Assembly: GCA_021807125.1 (NCBI GenBank)
Contig: JAKAPK010000002.1
Location: 14,120 to 78,119 of the forward strand
Length of the DNA: 64,000 nucleotides
Direction of reading: 5' to 3'
DNA from: Nanobdellota archaeon
GTDB taxonomy: Archaea; Nanobdellota; Nanobdellia; Parvarchaeales; Parvarchaeaceae
This document shows positions 9,237-18,713 of the stretch, piece by piece; position 1 is the stretch's first letter, and the number at the start of each line of letters is the position of its first letter. The position numbers and the translations under genes are program-made. The notes under the pieces were generated by a model. It was given only the letters and a program-made list of their open reading frames with translations. It did no database searches and was not told the origin of the DNA.

Positions 9237-10394
9237 TTATTTTGCTGCAAGGAATATTTTCATATCCCTTTTTTCCAGTTCCTTAAAAAATGGCTCCGGA
9301 TTAACGGCTATTTCCGGCGGAACGACACCCTTTTCAGTTATTACACCTTCCAATATCATCTGTGCGACTACCGATGGTGCCACGCCTGTATTCCATGAAC
9401 CGGCCGGTATGTTCCATTTTTTGTTCGTGAAGCTTTCACAATAAGCAACAATGTTCTTTTTCTTTCCTTTTTGTTTTCCGATAACTTCGACCCTTAGGAA
9501 CTCCAAATCATTTATCTTTGTAGATTCGGTTGGTATGAACTTTTCAGTCATTTTAACTATAATGTCCCTGGGCGACACCGTTTGCCCGCCTGGAAGCCTT
9601 ATGTCATCTTTTGCTGAGAAACCCACATCTATGAGAAACTTCATCTTATCGACCAGTACCGGATCGAACCCGCCTCTAAACCAGCAATTCTTTACGCCAG
9701 GGATTGATTCGGCGAGCGTAGCCGCTTCCGAGTGCAAAGTGTAGAAGCATTTCGCACTGTTTAATGGCTTGGGAAATTTTTTGTCTTCCATGCCGGTAAG
9801 CGGCTCTATTGTCTCAAACCTGCCGTTTCTGAATATTACTGGTTTGTATCCGAATTCTTCAAATAGTGTAAGTATGGTATAAGGGAGTACTATCGGCGTA
9901 TCATATTTTGTGTAATCCTTGTCCGCGAAGCTGACGTCTATCGTTTCCGGTTTACTGAGTTTCTTTGCTGCATAAGCTGCAAGCACATTAGTGATACCTG
10001 GTGACGACCCCATACCAGGGATTGCAATCAGCCCTTTATTTTTGAATTCGCTGTTCATTTCCAATTGCTTTCTCGTAGTGTGAAACATCCCTCCTAAATC
10101 CAGATAATTAACTCCTGCCTCCAAGCACGCAGACATTACATCGACGTTGAAGTAATAGTTTACTGCGTTTACAAGAACTGAACAATGCGATTCCTTAATA
10201 GCAGCAACCAACGCGGCTTTGTCCCTAATGTCTATCGACATAGTTCTCACTTTCCTTTCGAGATATCTCTTTGTCAAGTTGTTCGCTCTGTCTAGTTCCC
10301 TGTCCGCGAATACAAGTTCGCCATCGTATCTTTCCATCAGGTCCGTTCCTATTACACGGCCCATTTCTCCGCATCCTAAAAGAAATATTCCCAT
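9237..10394 (-). CDS. Saccharopine dehydrogenase-like oxidoreductase (lysine 6-dehydrogenase / carboxy(nor)spermidine dehydrogenase family)
   Basis: Rossmann LGCGEMG, VNYLDLGG, GMGSSPGITN, HSEAATL and GVVPPE motifs. Confidence 0.88.
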   Translation of the reverse strand: MGIFLLGCGEMGRVIGTDLMERYDGELVFADRELDRANNLTKRYLERKVRTMSIDIRDKAALVAAIKESHCSVLVNAVNYYFNVDVMSACLEAGVNYLDLGGMFHTTRKQLEMNSEFKNKGLIAIPGMGSSPGITNVLAAYAAKKLSKPETIDVSFADKDYTKYDTPIVLPYTILTLFEEFGYKPVIFRNGRFETIEPLTGMEDKKFPKPLNSAKCFYTLHSEAATLAESIPGVKNCWFRGGFDPVLVDKMKFLIDVGFSAKDDIRLPGGQTVSPRDIIVKMTEKFIPTESTKINDLEFLRVEVIGKQKGKKKNIVAYCESFTNKKWNIPAGSWNTGVAPSVVAQMILEGVITEKGVVPPEIAVNPEPFFKELEKRDMKIFLAAK

Positions 10395-10426
10395 ACGCTA
10401 TTTTTGCGTTCGTTTAATATATAATT

Positions 10427-11812
10427 TTATCCTAGCTCGCCGTAAGGTCTTACTTCATATTCAGATTTTGCCGCCTTGTCCATGGAATTTCTGAATGCGT
10501 TCAGCGTCCGTTTAAGGTCGTTGTTACTGTGCGAGTAGCACGTGTATATGCACTCCTGGTTGTCTGCATCTATCAGTACTCCCTCCTTCATAAGCTCGTA
10601 CTGTACCTTGACATAGAAGTCTGTTATGGAGTTTCTTATATCGTCATAATTGTTTATTTCGTCCCGTTCTGTATAGAATATCTGGAACATCCCGGGTACT
10701 CCGCTTATTTTTACCGGTATCTTCAGTTCATCGGCCATCTTCTCTATTCCGCTCATCAGCTTTTGATTATATGACTTTAGATATTTGAACACTTTGCCGT
10801 CACTTAACAATTTTATAGTCTGGTTCACAGCCGTCATGCACAATGGGTTGGAATTAAATGTCCCAGCATGTACTGCCTGGCCTGCATCCGGACCGAATGA
10901 AGCCATCACTTCTCTTTCTCCGGCTATCGCAGATATAGGATGGCCGTTTGCCATTGCCTTTGCGTAAGTGCTTATGTGAGGTTTGACTCCGTACAGTTCC
11001 TGTGCGCCGCCCAAGGCTACCCTGAATCCCGTTTTTACTTCGTCAAATATAAGAAGTATGTCGTATCTGTCGCAAAGTTCCCTTAAGAACTGAAGAAAGC
11101 CCGGCTTCGGAGGTATTGCGCCTGCATTTCCCATTATAGGTTCAAGTATTATGGCAGCTATCTCGTTATACCTTGCTTTGACAGCTTTTTCAACGGCTTC
11201 AAAGTCGTTGAACGGCACAACTATTACAAGCCTGCCAATATCAGACGGTATACCTGCAGACTGAAAGTGTGGCTGGTCGTGGGGCCATGTATAAGGAGGG
11301 TGTGTCGAGAATAGAAGATAATCGTTCGTACCGTGATAGTGTCCTTCAAACTTCAATATTACGTTTCTCCCAGTATAAGCGCGAGCAAGTCGAACGGCGT
11401 GCATTGTCGCCTCGGTTCCGGTGGATGAGAATTTTACGGATTCTGCGGAAGGCACGGCCTTATGGAATCGTTCTGCTACTTCTAGTTCAAGTTCATGGCC
11501 GAAACCATATATCGTACCGTTCTTCTTTATTTGATCACAGACCTTGTTCTCAACAGCCGGATAGCTGTGACCGAGTATTATCGGGCCTAACGCAAGCCTG
11601 TAATCAATATATTCATTACCGTCGACATCCCAAGCATGCGACCCGTATGCTCTCTTGAGGAACAGACTTGCTGCCGCAGCCGGACCTACATAGCAAAATC
11701 TCGGATTTCTCCATAGCCTGGCGTTTGAGCTTACGCCTTCTGGCATGTATTTTAACGCCTTAGTATAATACTTACACGAATTTTTCAGCGAAAAAGATTT
11801 TTTCTTTGCCAT
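10427..11812 (-). CDS. Class III PLP aminotransferase, glutamate-1-semialdehyde aminomutase-like
   Basis: DVDGNEYIDY, STGTEATM, FEGHYHG, FDEVKTGFR, YAKAMANG, GTFNSNP; no other heme genes nearby. Confidence 0.88.
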   Translation of the reverse strand: MAKKKSFSLKNSCKYYTKALKYMPEGVSSNARLWRNPRFCYVGPAAAASLFLKRAYGSHAWDVDGNEYIDYRLALGPIILGHSYPAVENKVCDQIKKNGTIYGFGHELELEVAERFHKAVPSAESVKFSSTGTEATMHAVRLARAYTGRNVILKFEGHYHGTNDYLLFSTHPPYTWPHDQPHFQSAGIPSDIGRLVIVVPFNDFEAVEKAVKARYNEIAAIILEPIMGNAGAIPPKPGFLQFLRELCDRYDILLIFDEVKTGFRVALGGAQELYGVKPHISTYAKAMANGHPISAIAGEREVMASFGPDAGQAVHAGTFNSNPLCMTAVNQTIKLLSDGKVFKYLKSYNQKLMSGIEKMADELKIPVKISGVPGMFQIFYTERDEINNYDDIRNSITDFYVKVQYELMKEGVLIDADNQECIYTCYSHSNNDLKRTLNAFRNSMDKAAKSEYEVRPYGELG

Positions 11813-11815
11813 TTT

Positions 11816-13186
11816 TCACTCTGTATTTATTACGATAGATTTTACGTTAACGAATTCCAAAAGACCATATCTTGAAAGTTCTCTTCCTATGCCGCTGTCC
11901 TTTATGCCTCCGAACGGAAGACGAGGGTCTGATTTTACCGTGTCATTAACATATACGAGCCCTTCCTCCATCCTTCTTGCAAACTGCTCCCCCTTTTCCA
12001 AGTCTTTTGTCCACACGCTACCACCAAGGCCGAAGCTTGTGGAGTTCGCTACTGATAAGGCTTCCTCTTCGTTATCTACTTCTATTATCGGAGCGATGGG
12101 TCCAAAGACTTCTTCTCTAGCGACCACCATATCTTCTTTTATACAAGTTATTACAGTTGGTTCGAAGAAATAACCGATTCTGTCAAGTCTTTTCCCTCCT
12201 AATAATATTTTTGCCCCTTTGTTGACTGCGTCTTCCATCTGGGCCGAGAGCTTATCCAATTGCTGGCGGTTAACCATTGGCCCCACCATCGTATCATTGT
12301 CCATAGGGTCTCCGACTTTTGCAGCTTTCATGAACTCAACAAACTTTTGCGTAAATTCCTTTGCTTTTTTCTTTGTAACTATGAATCTTTTCGCGGCGAT
12401 ACATGTCTGGCCCCCGTTTATCAGTCTTGCGTTCGCTGCGTTGCTGCACGTTAACACTATGTCCGCATCGTCAAGCACGATAAATGGGTCTGATCCACCC
12501 AGTTCCAAGACGCACTTCTTCATATTTTCTCCTGCAAGTGCAGCTATGTGCTTTCCAACTTCTATACTGCCAGTAACTGATACTCCATCCATGAATTTGC
12601 TGCGTATAAGATGATCTACGGTTTCGTGATCCGTAATCACAGTACGAAAAGTATTCTTCGGGAATCCTGCTTCAGAAAATGCCTCTTCTATTGCTAAGGC
12701 ACACATTGGTACGACGTTTGAATGCCTAAGAAGACAAACATTGCCTGCAGCCATCGCCGGTACCGCACACCTTATTAACTGCCAAAACGGATAGTTCCAC
12801 GGCATTACGCACAATATTTCACCTAACGGCTCGAAAGCGATGAAAGCTTTTCTTCTGTCTATCTGAACCTGTTCGTCTTCAAGCCATTTTTCCGCGTTTT
12901 CTGCGAAAAACTCGGCGGCCCATGAGCACTTCTCGACCTCTGCAACGGCTGATTTGAGTGGTTTCCCCATCTCGCGTGTTATTATCTCCCCATATTTACG
13001 TGAATTTTTCTTTAGAACAACAGCAAGTTTTTGGAGATAAGATGCTCTTTCTTTTACACTCAAATTTTTCCATGAGTTAAAGGATGATTTTACGTCACTG
13101 GCTACGGCGAGTGCTTCCTCCTTTGTAAGAGCATCAAAGACCCCATTTGCTTTCTCTGTAGATGGATTAAACGATGTGATCTTCAT
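11816..13186 (-). CDS. NAD(P)-dependent succinate-semialdehyde dehydrogenase-type ALDH (Sad/GabD-like)
   Basis: MPWNYPFWQ, LELGGSDP, NGGQTCIA, EEVFGP and PFGGIKDSG motifs. Confidence 0.9.
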   Translation of the reverse strand: MKITSFNPSTEKANGVFDALTKEEALAVASDVKSSFNSWKNLSVKERASYLQKLAVVLKKNSRKYGEIITREMGKPLKSAVAEVEKCSWAAEFFAENAEKWLEDEQVQIDRRKAFIAFEPLGEILCVMPWNYPFWQLIRCAVPAMAAGNVCLLRHSNVVPMCALAIEEAFSEAGFPKNTFRTVITDHETVDHLIRSKFMDGVSVTGSIEVGKHIAALAGENMKKCVLELGGSDPFIVLDDADIVLTCSNAANARLINGGQTCIAAKRFIVTKKKAKEFTQKFVEFMKAAKVGDPMDNDTMVGPMVNRQQLDKLSAQMEDAVNKGAKILLGGKRLDRIGYFFEPTVITCIKEDMVVAREEVFGPIAPIIEVDNEEEALSVANSTSFGLGGSVWTKDLEKGEQFARRMEEGLVYVNDTVKSDPRLPFGGIKDSGIGRELSRYGLLEFVNVKSIVINTE

Positions 13187-14676
13187 TACTCATCACCAAA
13201 CACAGTATTATACCAAGGTTTCCTTACTAGTCCAGTCTGGTCTATGTAGATGTGTTTTATCTGTGTGTAATCCTCCAAGGAATAAAGCGAAAGGTCCTTT
13301 CCGAATCCACTCTGCTTGAAACCGCCATGTGGCATTTCCGAAGTAAGTATGCCGTGGTCATTTATCCAAACTTCTCCGAATTTTAGAGAGTTCGCGACTT
13401 TCATTAGAACGGTTATGTCTTTTCCCCATACGGAAGAACCCAGCCCATATTCTACATCGTTGGCTTTCTGTATGGCTTCATCTACGGAAGAATATTTCAT
13501 AACTGCGAGCACAGGTGCAAAGACCTCTTCCCTGCAGAGTCTAGAATCCTGCTTAACGTCTGCGAATATAGTCGGTTCCAGGAAGAAACCGTGTTTGAAG
13601 CCAGTTTTCCTATGTCCGCCTAATAATAATCTTGCACCGTCCTTTAATGCCGAGTCTATATAACTTTCTGCTTTTTCTAACTGCGATTTGGATATCAATG
13701 GTCCTATGTCCGTCTTCTTGTCCATTGGATCTCCAACCTTCAATTTCTTCACTTTTTTTGTAAGTGTCTTCAAAAATTCTTCGTATATCGATTCGTGAAC
13801 GTACACTCTTGTAGTTGCCGTGCAGTCCTCTGCATTATTCCAGAATGCACTGACTACCGTGCCTTCCGTCGCCGCATCTATAGACGCATCAGACAGTACT
13901 ATAAGCGGCGCTTTTCCGCTTAACTGCATATTAAGTCTTTTTAGAGTCTTCGATGCTAGCTCAGCTATACGTCTTCCAGTTACTGTATCGCCGGTCACCG
14001 CGACCATGTCGACTTTTTTGTTCATCGCGATTTCCTCGCCTATTGTTTCTCCCGGCCCGGTCACGACATTTAGCACGCCTGCAGGAAGTATCTTCTCGGC
14101 TAATTTAGCAAATTCAAGCACACTAAGAGGAGTCCTGCTCGACGGCTTCACGACTACCGTATTGCCTGCCGCCAATGCCGGGGCGAGCTTCCATATCGCT
14201 ATAAAAAGAGGATAGTTCCACGGTATTATCGCACCGACTACTCCTATCGGTTCTCTCCTAATTATACTTGTGCCTATCCCTGCGTATTCTCCAGCAGATT
14301 TTCCTTCAAGCATTCTAGCAGCCCCCGAGAAAAATTTTAGATTATCAATCGCAAACGGCAAATCGTTTTCTCTCGCATACTTGATGGTCTTTCCCACTGT
14401 CATCGATTCTAGCTTTGACAGTTTATCGATATCTGACTCAACGGCTTCGGCCAATTTCCATAATAACTGCGCTCTTTCAGCCGGAGTTTTTTTGGACCAC
14501 ACTCCGCTGTCAAACGCTTGTCTTGCGGAATCTATCGCTTTCTGTGCGTCTTTCTTAGTGCCCTTAGGCACCCGTGCTATTGTCTCCTCTGTCGCTGGAT
14601 TGATGACATCAAAAATTTCTTTGGATTCGGAGTCTGCCCATTTTCCGCCTATAAACATCCTATAGTTCTCTACCAT
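13186..14676 (-). CDS. Aldehyde dehydrogenase, aminobutyraldehyde/betaine-aldehyde DH-like, with atypical catalytic motifs
   Basis: PWNYP, KPS, EEVFAP and EMPHGGFKQSG motifs; MQLSGKAP replaces LELGGK; NNAEDC replaces NxGQxC. Confidence 0.9.
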   Translation of the reverse strand: MVENYRMFIGGKWADSESKEIFDVINPATEETIARVPKGTKKDAQKAIDSARQAFDSGVWSKKTPAERAQLLWKLAEAVESDIDKLSKLESMTVGKTIKYARENDLPFAIDNLKFFSGAARMLEGKSAGEYAGIGTSIIRREPIGVVGAIIPWNYPLFIAIWKLAPALAAGNTVVVKPSSRTPLSVLEFAKLAEKILPAGVLNVVTGPGETIGEEIAMNKKVDMVAVTGDTVTGRRIAELASKTLKRLNMQLSGKAPLIVLSDASIDAATEGTVVSAFWNNAEDCTATTRVYVHESIYEEFLKTLTKKVKKLKVGDPMDKKTDIGPLISKSQLEKAESYIDSALKDGARLLLGGHRKTGFKHGFFLEPTIFADVKQDSRLCREEVFAPVLAVMKYSSVDEAIQKANDVEYGLGSSVWGKDITVLMKVANSLKFGEVWINDHGILTSEMPHGGFKQSGFGKDLSLYSLEDYTQIKHIYIDQTGLVRKPWYNTVFGDE

Positions 14677-14680
14677 GGTT

Positions 14681-14685
14681 CCTCC
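14681..14685 (-). promoter_or_regulatory. Shine-Dalgarno-like GGAGG upstream of the ALDH gene
   Basis: Minus strand reads GGAGGAACCATG. Confidence 0.6.
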
Positions 14686-14747
14686 ATCATTATATTTTAG
14701 ACGTCAAAATTAATAAGCTTATGACCGTTATTATGTGAATTTATTAT

Positions 14748-16091
14748 TCACAGCTTCTTGTCGGCTATCATTTCCTTCAATGTCTTATCAAGTATCTCTG
14801 TAGCGTCGTTGACGTGTTTCTCTTCTGCTATCAGAGCCGGTCTGAACCTTATTCCTCTTTGGCCAGTCTTTAGTGCTATCAGTCCGTTTGGATACAATCT
14901 TTGCCAGTACTCATCCCTTATCTTCCCCTCTGGAAGGTCAAATGCACACATAAGCCCGCGACCGCGGACATTCGAGATTTTATCAGGATACCTGTCCTGC
15001 AAGCCCTGAAGGGCTTTAAGAAAAATGTTTCCGGTATTTGCGGCATTATCTACGAGTCTATCCTCTTCCATTATCTCTAAGTATCTGGTTGCGCGTACCA
15101 TGTCAGTTAGGTTCCCTCCCCACGTCGAATCTATTCTGTTCGGCACCTTGAACACATGATCGCTTATATCTTCCAATTTTGGACCCGCCATTATTCCACA
15201 CACTTGCGTCTTCTTGCCGAAAGCCATTATGTCTGGTTTAACATCGAAATGCTGGTGAGCCCACCATTTGCCTGTGAGCCCCATACCTGTTTGTATCTCA
15301 TCGACTATGAACATTATGTCGTTCTCGGCGGTTATCTTCCTTATCTCTTTGAGGTATTCCTTCCTGAAGTGATTGTCCCCTCCCTCCCCTTGAATTGGCT
15401 CCATTATGAATGCGGCTATATGATCTTGATTTTCTTCTATCGCCTGTTTTATCTCATCCAGACTCTGCTTCTCAAGTTCTTCTACTTTCTTTGTGTTATC
15501 TTCATTCAATGGAAACGTTATTTTTGGATTTAGAACTCTCGGCCAGTTAAACCTCGGAAAATACTGTATCTTCTTTATATCGGCGGTGTTTGTCAAGGCA
15601 AGAGTATATCCAGATCTGCCATGAAAAGCTTCCTGAAGATGTATAACCTTGTGTCCGCGCACATCCTTTACTCCCTTGCTGAAGTTCTTTCTGACTTTCC
15701 AGTCGAACGCCGTCTTCAGCGCGTTTTCAACGGCAAGCGCTCCGCCCTCTATGAAAAAGTAGTAAGTGAAATAATTGGGTGTCGCTAGTCTTGAAAAGGC
15801 ATCCACGAAGTCCGCCATCTCTACAGTAACTGTATCACTGTTTGTTGGTTTATTTATTGCGACCCTTTGCAGTTTTTTCAAAAAAACGGGCTCGAACATC
15901 TTAGGATGGTTCATGCCAAGGGCTGAAGAGGCGAAGAAACCGAAAAAATCAAGGTAGTCTCTGCCATTCCTAGCATCGCGCAGATACATCCCTTTGCTTC
16001 CCTCTGTGTCTAGAACCATGTCAAAAACATCGAGAATCATTCTATTGCCTATGACCTTGTGCACGTCATGCGGATGTACCATAGAAAGCAC
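14748..16091 (-). CDS. lat: L-lysine 6-aminotransferase (likely start ATG at 16082)
   Basis: YLDFFGFFASSALGMNHP, FFIEGGALAVENALKTAFDWK, AFHGRSGYTLALTNT, FGKKTQVCG and STWGGNLTDM are typical of LAT. Confidence 0.92.
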   Translation of the reverse strand: MLSMVHPHDVHKVIGNRMILDVFDMVLDTEGSKGMYLRDARNGRDYLDFFGFFASSALGMNHPKMFEPVFLKKLQRVAINKPTNSDTVTVEMADFVDAFSRLATPNYFTYYFFIEGGALAVENALKTAFDWKVRKNFSKGVKDVRGHKVIHLQEAFHGRSGYTLALTNTADIKKIQYFPRFNWPRVLNPKITFPLNEDNTKKVEELEKQSLDEIKQAIEENQDHIAAFIMEPIQGEGGDNHFRKEYLKEIRKITAENDIMFIVDEIQTGMGLTGKWWAHQHFDVKPDIMAFGKKTQVCGIMAGPKLEDISDHVFKVPNRIDSTWGGNLTDMVRATRYLEIMEEDRLVDNAANTGNIFLKALQGLQDRYPDKISNVRGRGLMCAFDLPEGKIRDEYWQRLYPNGLIALKTGQRGIRFRPALIAEEKHVNDATEILDKTLKEMIADKKL

Positions 16092-16328
16092 AAAGTATAT
16101 ACTGATATGAAATTCTATTTATGAGTTTGGAGCTATTTATAGCTTTAAATTTAAATTAGCCTTTAAGGGTATCTAGATACTATTTTGAAAGTTACTATAC
16201 CCTTTAAAAGGTTAATTTAAGACAATTGTTTGACTAGATTATAGTAATAATTTGGTATTCGCGATACTATAATATGTCATGCGTACAAAATTGCCAAGGT
16301 TTAAATCCATCAAAATATTCCTAAATTT
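16092..16328. promoter_or_regulatory. Divergent lat/gdhA promoter region with palindromes and inverted repeats
   Basis: AGTATATACT (16094-16103), TTTAAATTTAAA (16144-16155), GTATCTAGATAC (16169-16180), AAGGGTAT/ATACCCTT (16165-16172 and 16197-16204). Confidence 0.6.
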
Positions 16329-17588
16329 ATGGAAGAACTCGACCCTTTTAAAATAGCACAAACTCAACTCGATGAGGCTGCAGAAATAATGCATCTCGAT
16401 GAGACCGCACATGCGATTCTTCGAGAGCCTATGCGTACAATAATAGTTAATATACCTGTCAAGATGGACAACGGGAAGGTAAAAACCTTCGCTGGATTCA
16501 GAGTACAGTATAATGATGTGCGAGGACCGTGCAAAGGGGGAATAAGGTTCCACCCTCAGGAAAGCCTTAGCACCGTAAAAGCGTTGGCAGCATGGATGAC
16601 ATGGAAGACATCTCTTGCAAACATCCCTTTTGGAGGCGGCAAGGGGGGAGTTATCTGCGATCCAAAATCTTTGTCGGAAAGCGAAACGGAAAGGTTATCC
16701 AGGGGCTATGTGAGAGCACTTGCAAAATTCATAGGGCCAGACACCGATGTACCAGCCCCAGATGTCTACACTACTCCTCAGATAATGGCATGGATGATGG
16801 ACGAATACAGTAAACTTGCAGGTCATAACGAGTTCTCGATGATAACTGGAAAACCAATGGAAGTCTGGGGTTCGGAAGGAAGATTTAATTCAACTGCAAT
16901 GGGTGCGATGTATGTGCTACGCGAAGCGGCGAAGAAACTAAAATTACAGCTCAAGGGAGCGAAAGTCGCAATACAGGGCTTTGGAAACGCCGGCAGCTTC
17001 GCTTTCGAACTCGCATCGCAATTGGGATGTAAAATAGTCGCTATAACTGATTCTTTAGGCGGTACATACTCAGATAACGGTCTTGATTACAAAACCCTCG
17101 CCGAAGTTAAGGAAAAGACTGGAAGTGTACAAAATTACGAAGGCGGCACCAAGATAACGAACAAAGGGTTGTTCGATTATGATGTAGATGTAATAATACC
17201 TGCGGCAATAGAAAACCAGATAACAAAGGAAAACGCTAATAAAATAAAAGCGAAGCTAGTACTCGAACTTGCAAACGGCCCTGTTACACCTGAAGCGGAC
17301 AAGATACTTTTCGAAAGAGGAATATTGGACCTTCCGGATTTCCTTGTGAATTCAGGAGGAGTAATAGTCTCTTATTTCGAGTGGGCACAGAATATAGAAC
17401 AGTACTACTGGACTTCCGAAGAAGTGTATGCGAGACTTGACAAGATAGTAACGAATTCCTTCAATTCAGTAATGTCTGTGCAAGACAGTTATAAGACAAA
17501 GGGTACCAAAATAACGCCTAGGGATGCTGCTTATATAATAGCTGTGGACAGAGTCGCAAAGGCGATGAAAGCCAGAGGCTGGTACTAG
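16329..17588 (+). CDS. gdhA: Glutamate dehydrogenase
   Basis: GPCKGGIRFHP, PFGGGKGG, DVPAPDV, QGFGNAG, ELANGP, NSGGVIVSYFEW. Confidence 0.96.
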   Translation: MEELDPFKIAQTQLDEAAEIMHLDETAHAILREPMRTIIVNIPVKMDNGKVKTFAGFRVQYNDVRGPCKGGIRFHPQESLSTVKALAAWMTWKTSLANIPFGGGKGGVICDPKSLSESETERLSRGYVRALAKFIGPDTDVPAPDVYTTPQIMAWMMDEYSKLAGHNEFSMITGKPMEVWGSEGRFNSTAMGAMYVLREAAKKLKLQLKGAKVAIQGFGNAGSFAFELASQLGCKIVAITDSLGGTYSDNGLDYKTLAEVKEKTGSVQNYEGGTKITNKGLFDYDVDVIIPAAIENQITKENANKIKAKLVLELANGPVTPEADKILFERGILDLPDFLVNSGGVIVSYFEWAQNIEQYYWTSEEVYARLDKIVTNSFNSVMSVQDSYKTKGTKITPRDAAYIIAVDRVAKAMKARGWY

Positions 17589-17606
17589 TTTCTTGCTGGG
17601 AAAATA

Positions 17607-18713
17607 ATGGACAAAAGAGAGCTTGCTGCGATAAGCACTATAATCGGAACTATGATTGGTGCGGGCATGCTGGCACTACCATATGCTATATCAAAATCTG
17701 GATTCTTTCTTGGGCTTCTGTTAATATTCCTGCTCGGCATTGCATCAATACTCGTAACGATGTTCACTGGTGAATTATCCTTCAGACAGAAAAGACTGCA
17801 TCAACTTCCTGTACTTATAAGTAAATATACGGGTAAGAGCTTCAGGTCCGTAGTATTAGTGCTACAAATACTCGTATTCTACGGCATAGTCATAGCCTAT
17901 CTCATAGCACTCGGCTCGGCGATAAGCGGGCTATTCGATGTGCCATACTATGTCGGTGTGCTTATAGCATTCGCTCTTTCAGCACCGTTGATATACAAGG
18001 GCTACGCTTCTGTAGAAGCGGCGGAAACGCCCCTTTCTTTCATAAAGATAGCGCTTATACTGTTGGTAATCAGCATCGTAGTTTTCTCAATACGCTCTGA
18101 CAACCTGACATATTACAATCCGTATACTGTATTCCAATCTTTCGGCGTCACACTTTTTACAGTTATGGTGTTTGGTGTAGTACCAGAAGTGAAAGCAGAA
18201 TTGGGAAACAGAAAAGAAAAGTTCAATAAAGTCATGATAATAGCGTATTCGATATCTATGCTGGTATACGCTTTGTTTATACTTGCGTTCATAGGAGCTT
18301 TTGGGAATAATGTACAGTCTATAGCTACGGAATCAATAAATTCGGGTGCTTACAAGATATTATTCTACACGATAACGATGTTCCTTGTAGTTACACCGTA
18401 TATAGCGGTAAGCCTGATACTTGTTGATGCTTTCTATTATGATTTTTCTTTTAAAAGACCGACTAGTTTCGTGCTTGCAATGGCAATACCACTTGTGCTA
18501 GCAGTTCTAAACCTTAATTTCGTAACAGTACTTGGTGTGATAGGCGGATTACTTCTTCCAATTTTATCCCTGCTCATAATAGTGGCAGTATACAAGGAGA
18601 GACAAACATACAAAAAAGGAGAATACAGAGCGCCTGGCGGAATTGCATCAATTATATTCACAGTCGCCGTAATGATAATAGGGTTCGCATATACATTGGT
18701 GTACACTTTATGA
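17607..18713 (+). CDS. Amino-acid permease (aromatic amino acid/HAAAP-like family)
   Basis: IGTMIGAGMLALP signature, about 11 hydrophobic segments. Confidence 0.88.
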   Translation: MDKRELAAISTIIGTMIGAGMLALPYAISKSGFFLGLLLIFLLGIASILVTMFTGELSFRQKRLHQLPVLISKYTGKSFRSVVLVLQILVFYGIVIAYLIALGSAISGLFDVPYYVGVLIAFALSAPLIYKGYASVEAAETPLSFIKIALILLVISIVVFSIRSDNLTYYNPYTVFQSFGVTLFTVMVFGVVPEVKAELGNRKEKFNKVMIIAYSISMLVYALFILAFIGAFGNNVQSIATESINSGAYKILFYTITMFLVVTPYIAVSLILVDAFYYDFSFKRPTSFVLAMAIPLVLAVLNLNFVTVLGVIGGLLLPILSLLIIVAVYKERQTYKKGEYRAPGGIASIIFTVAVMIIGFAYTLVYTL

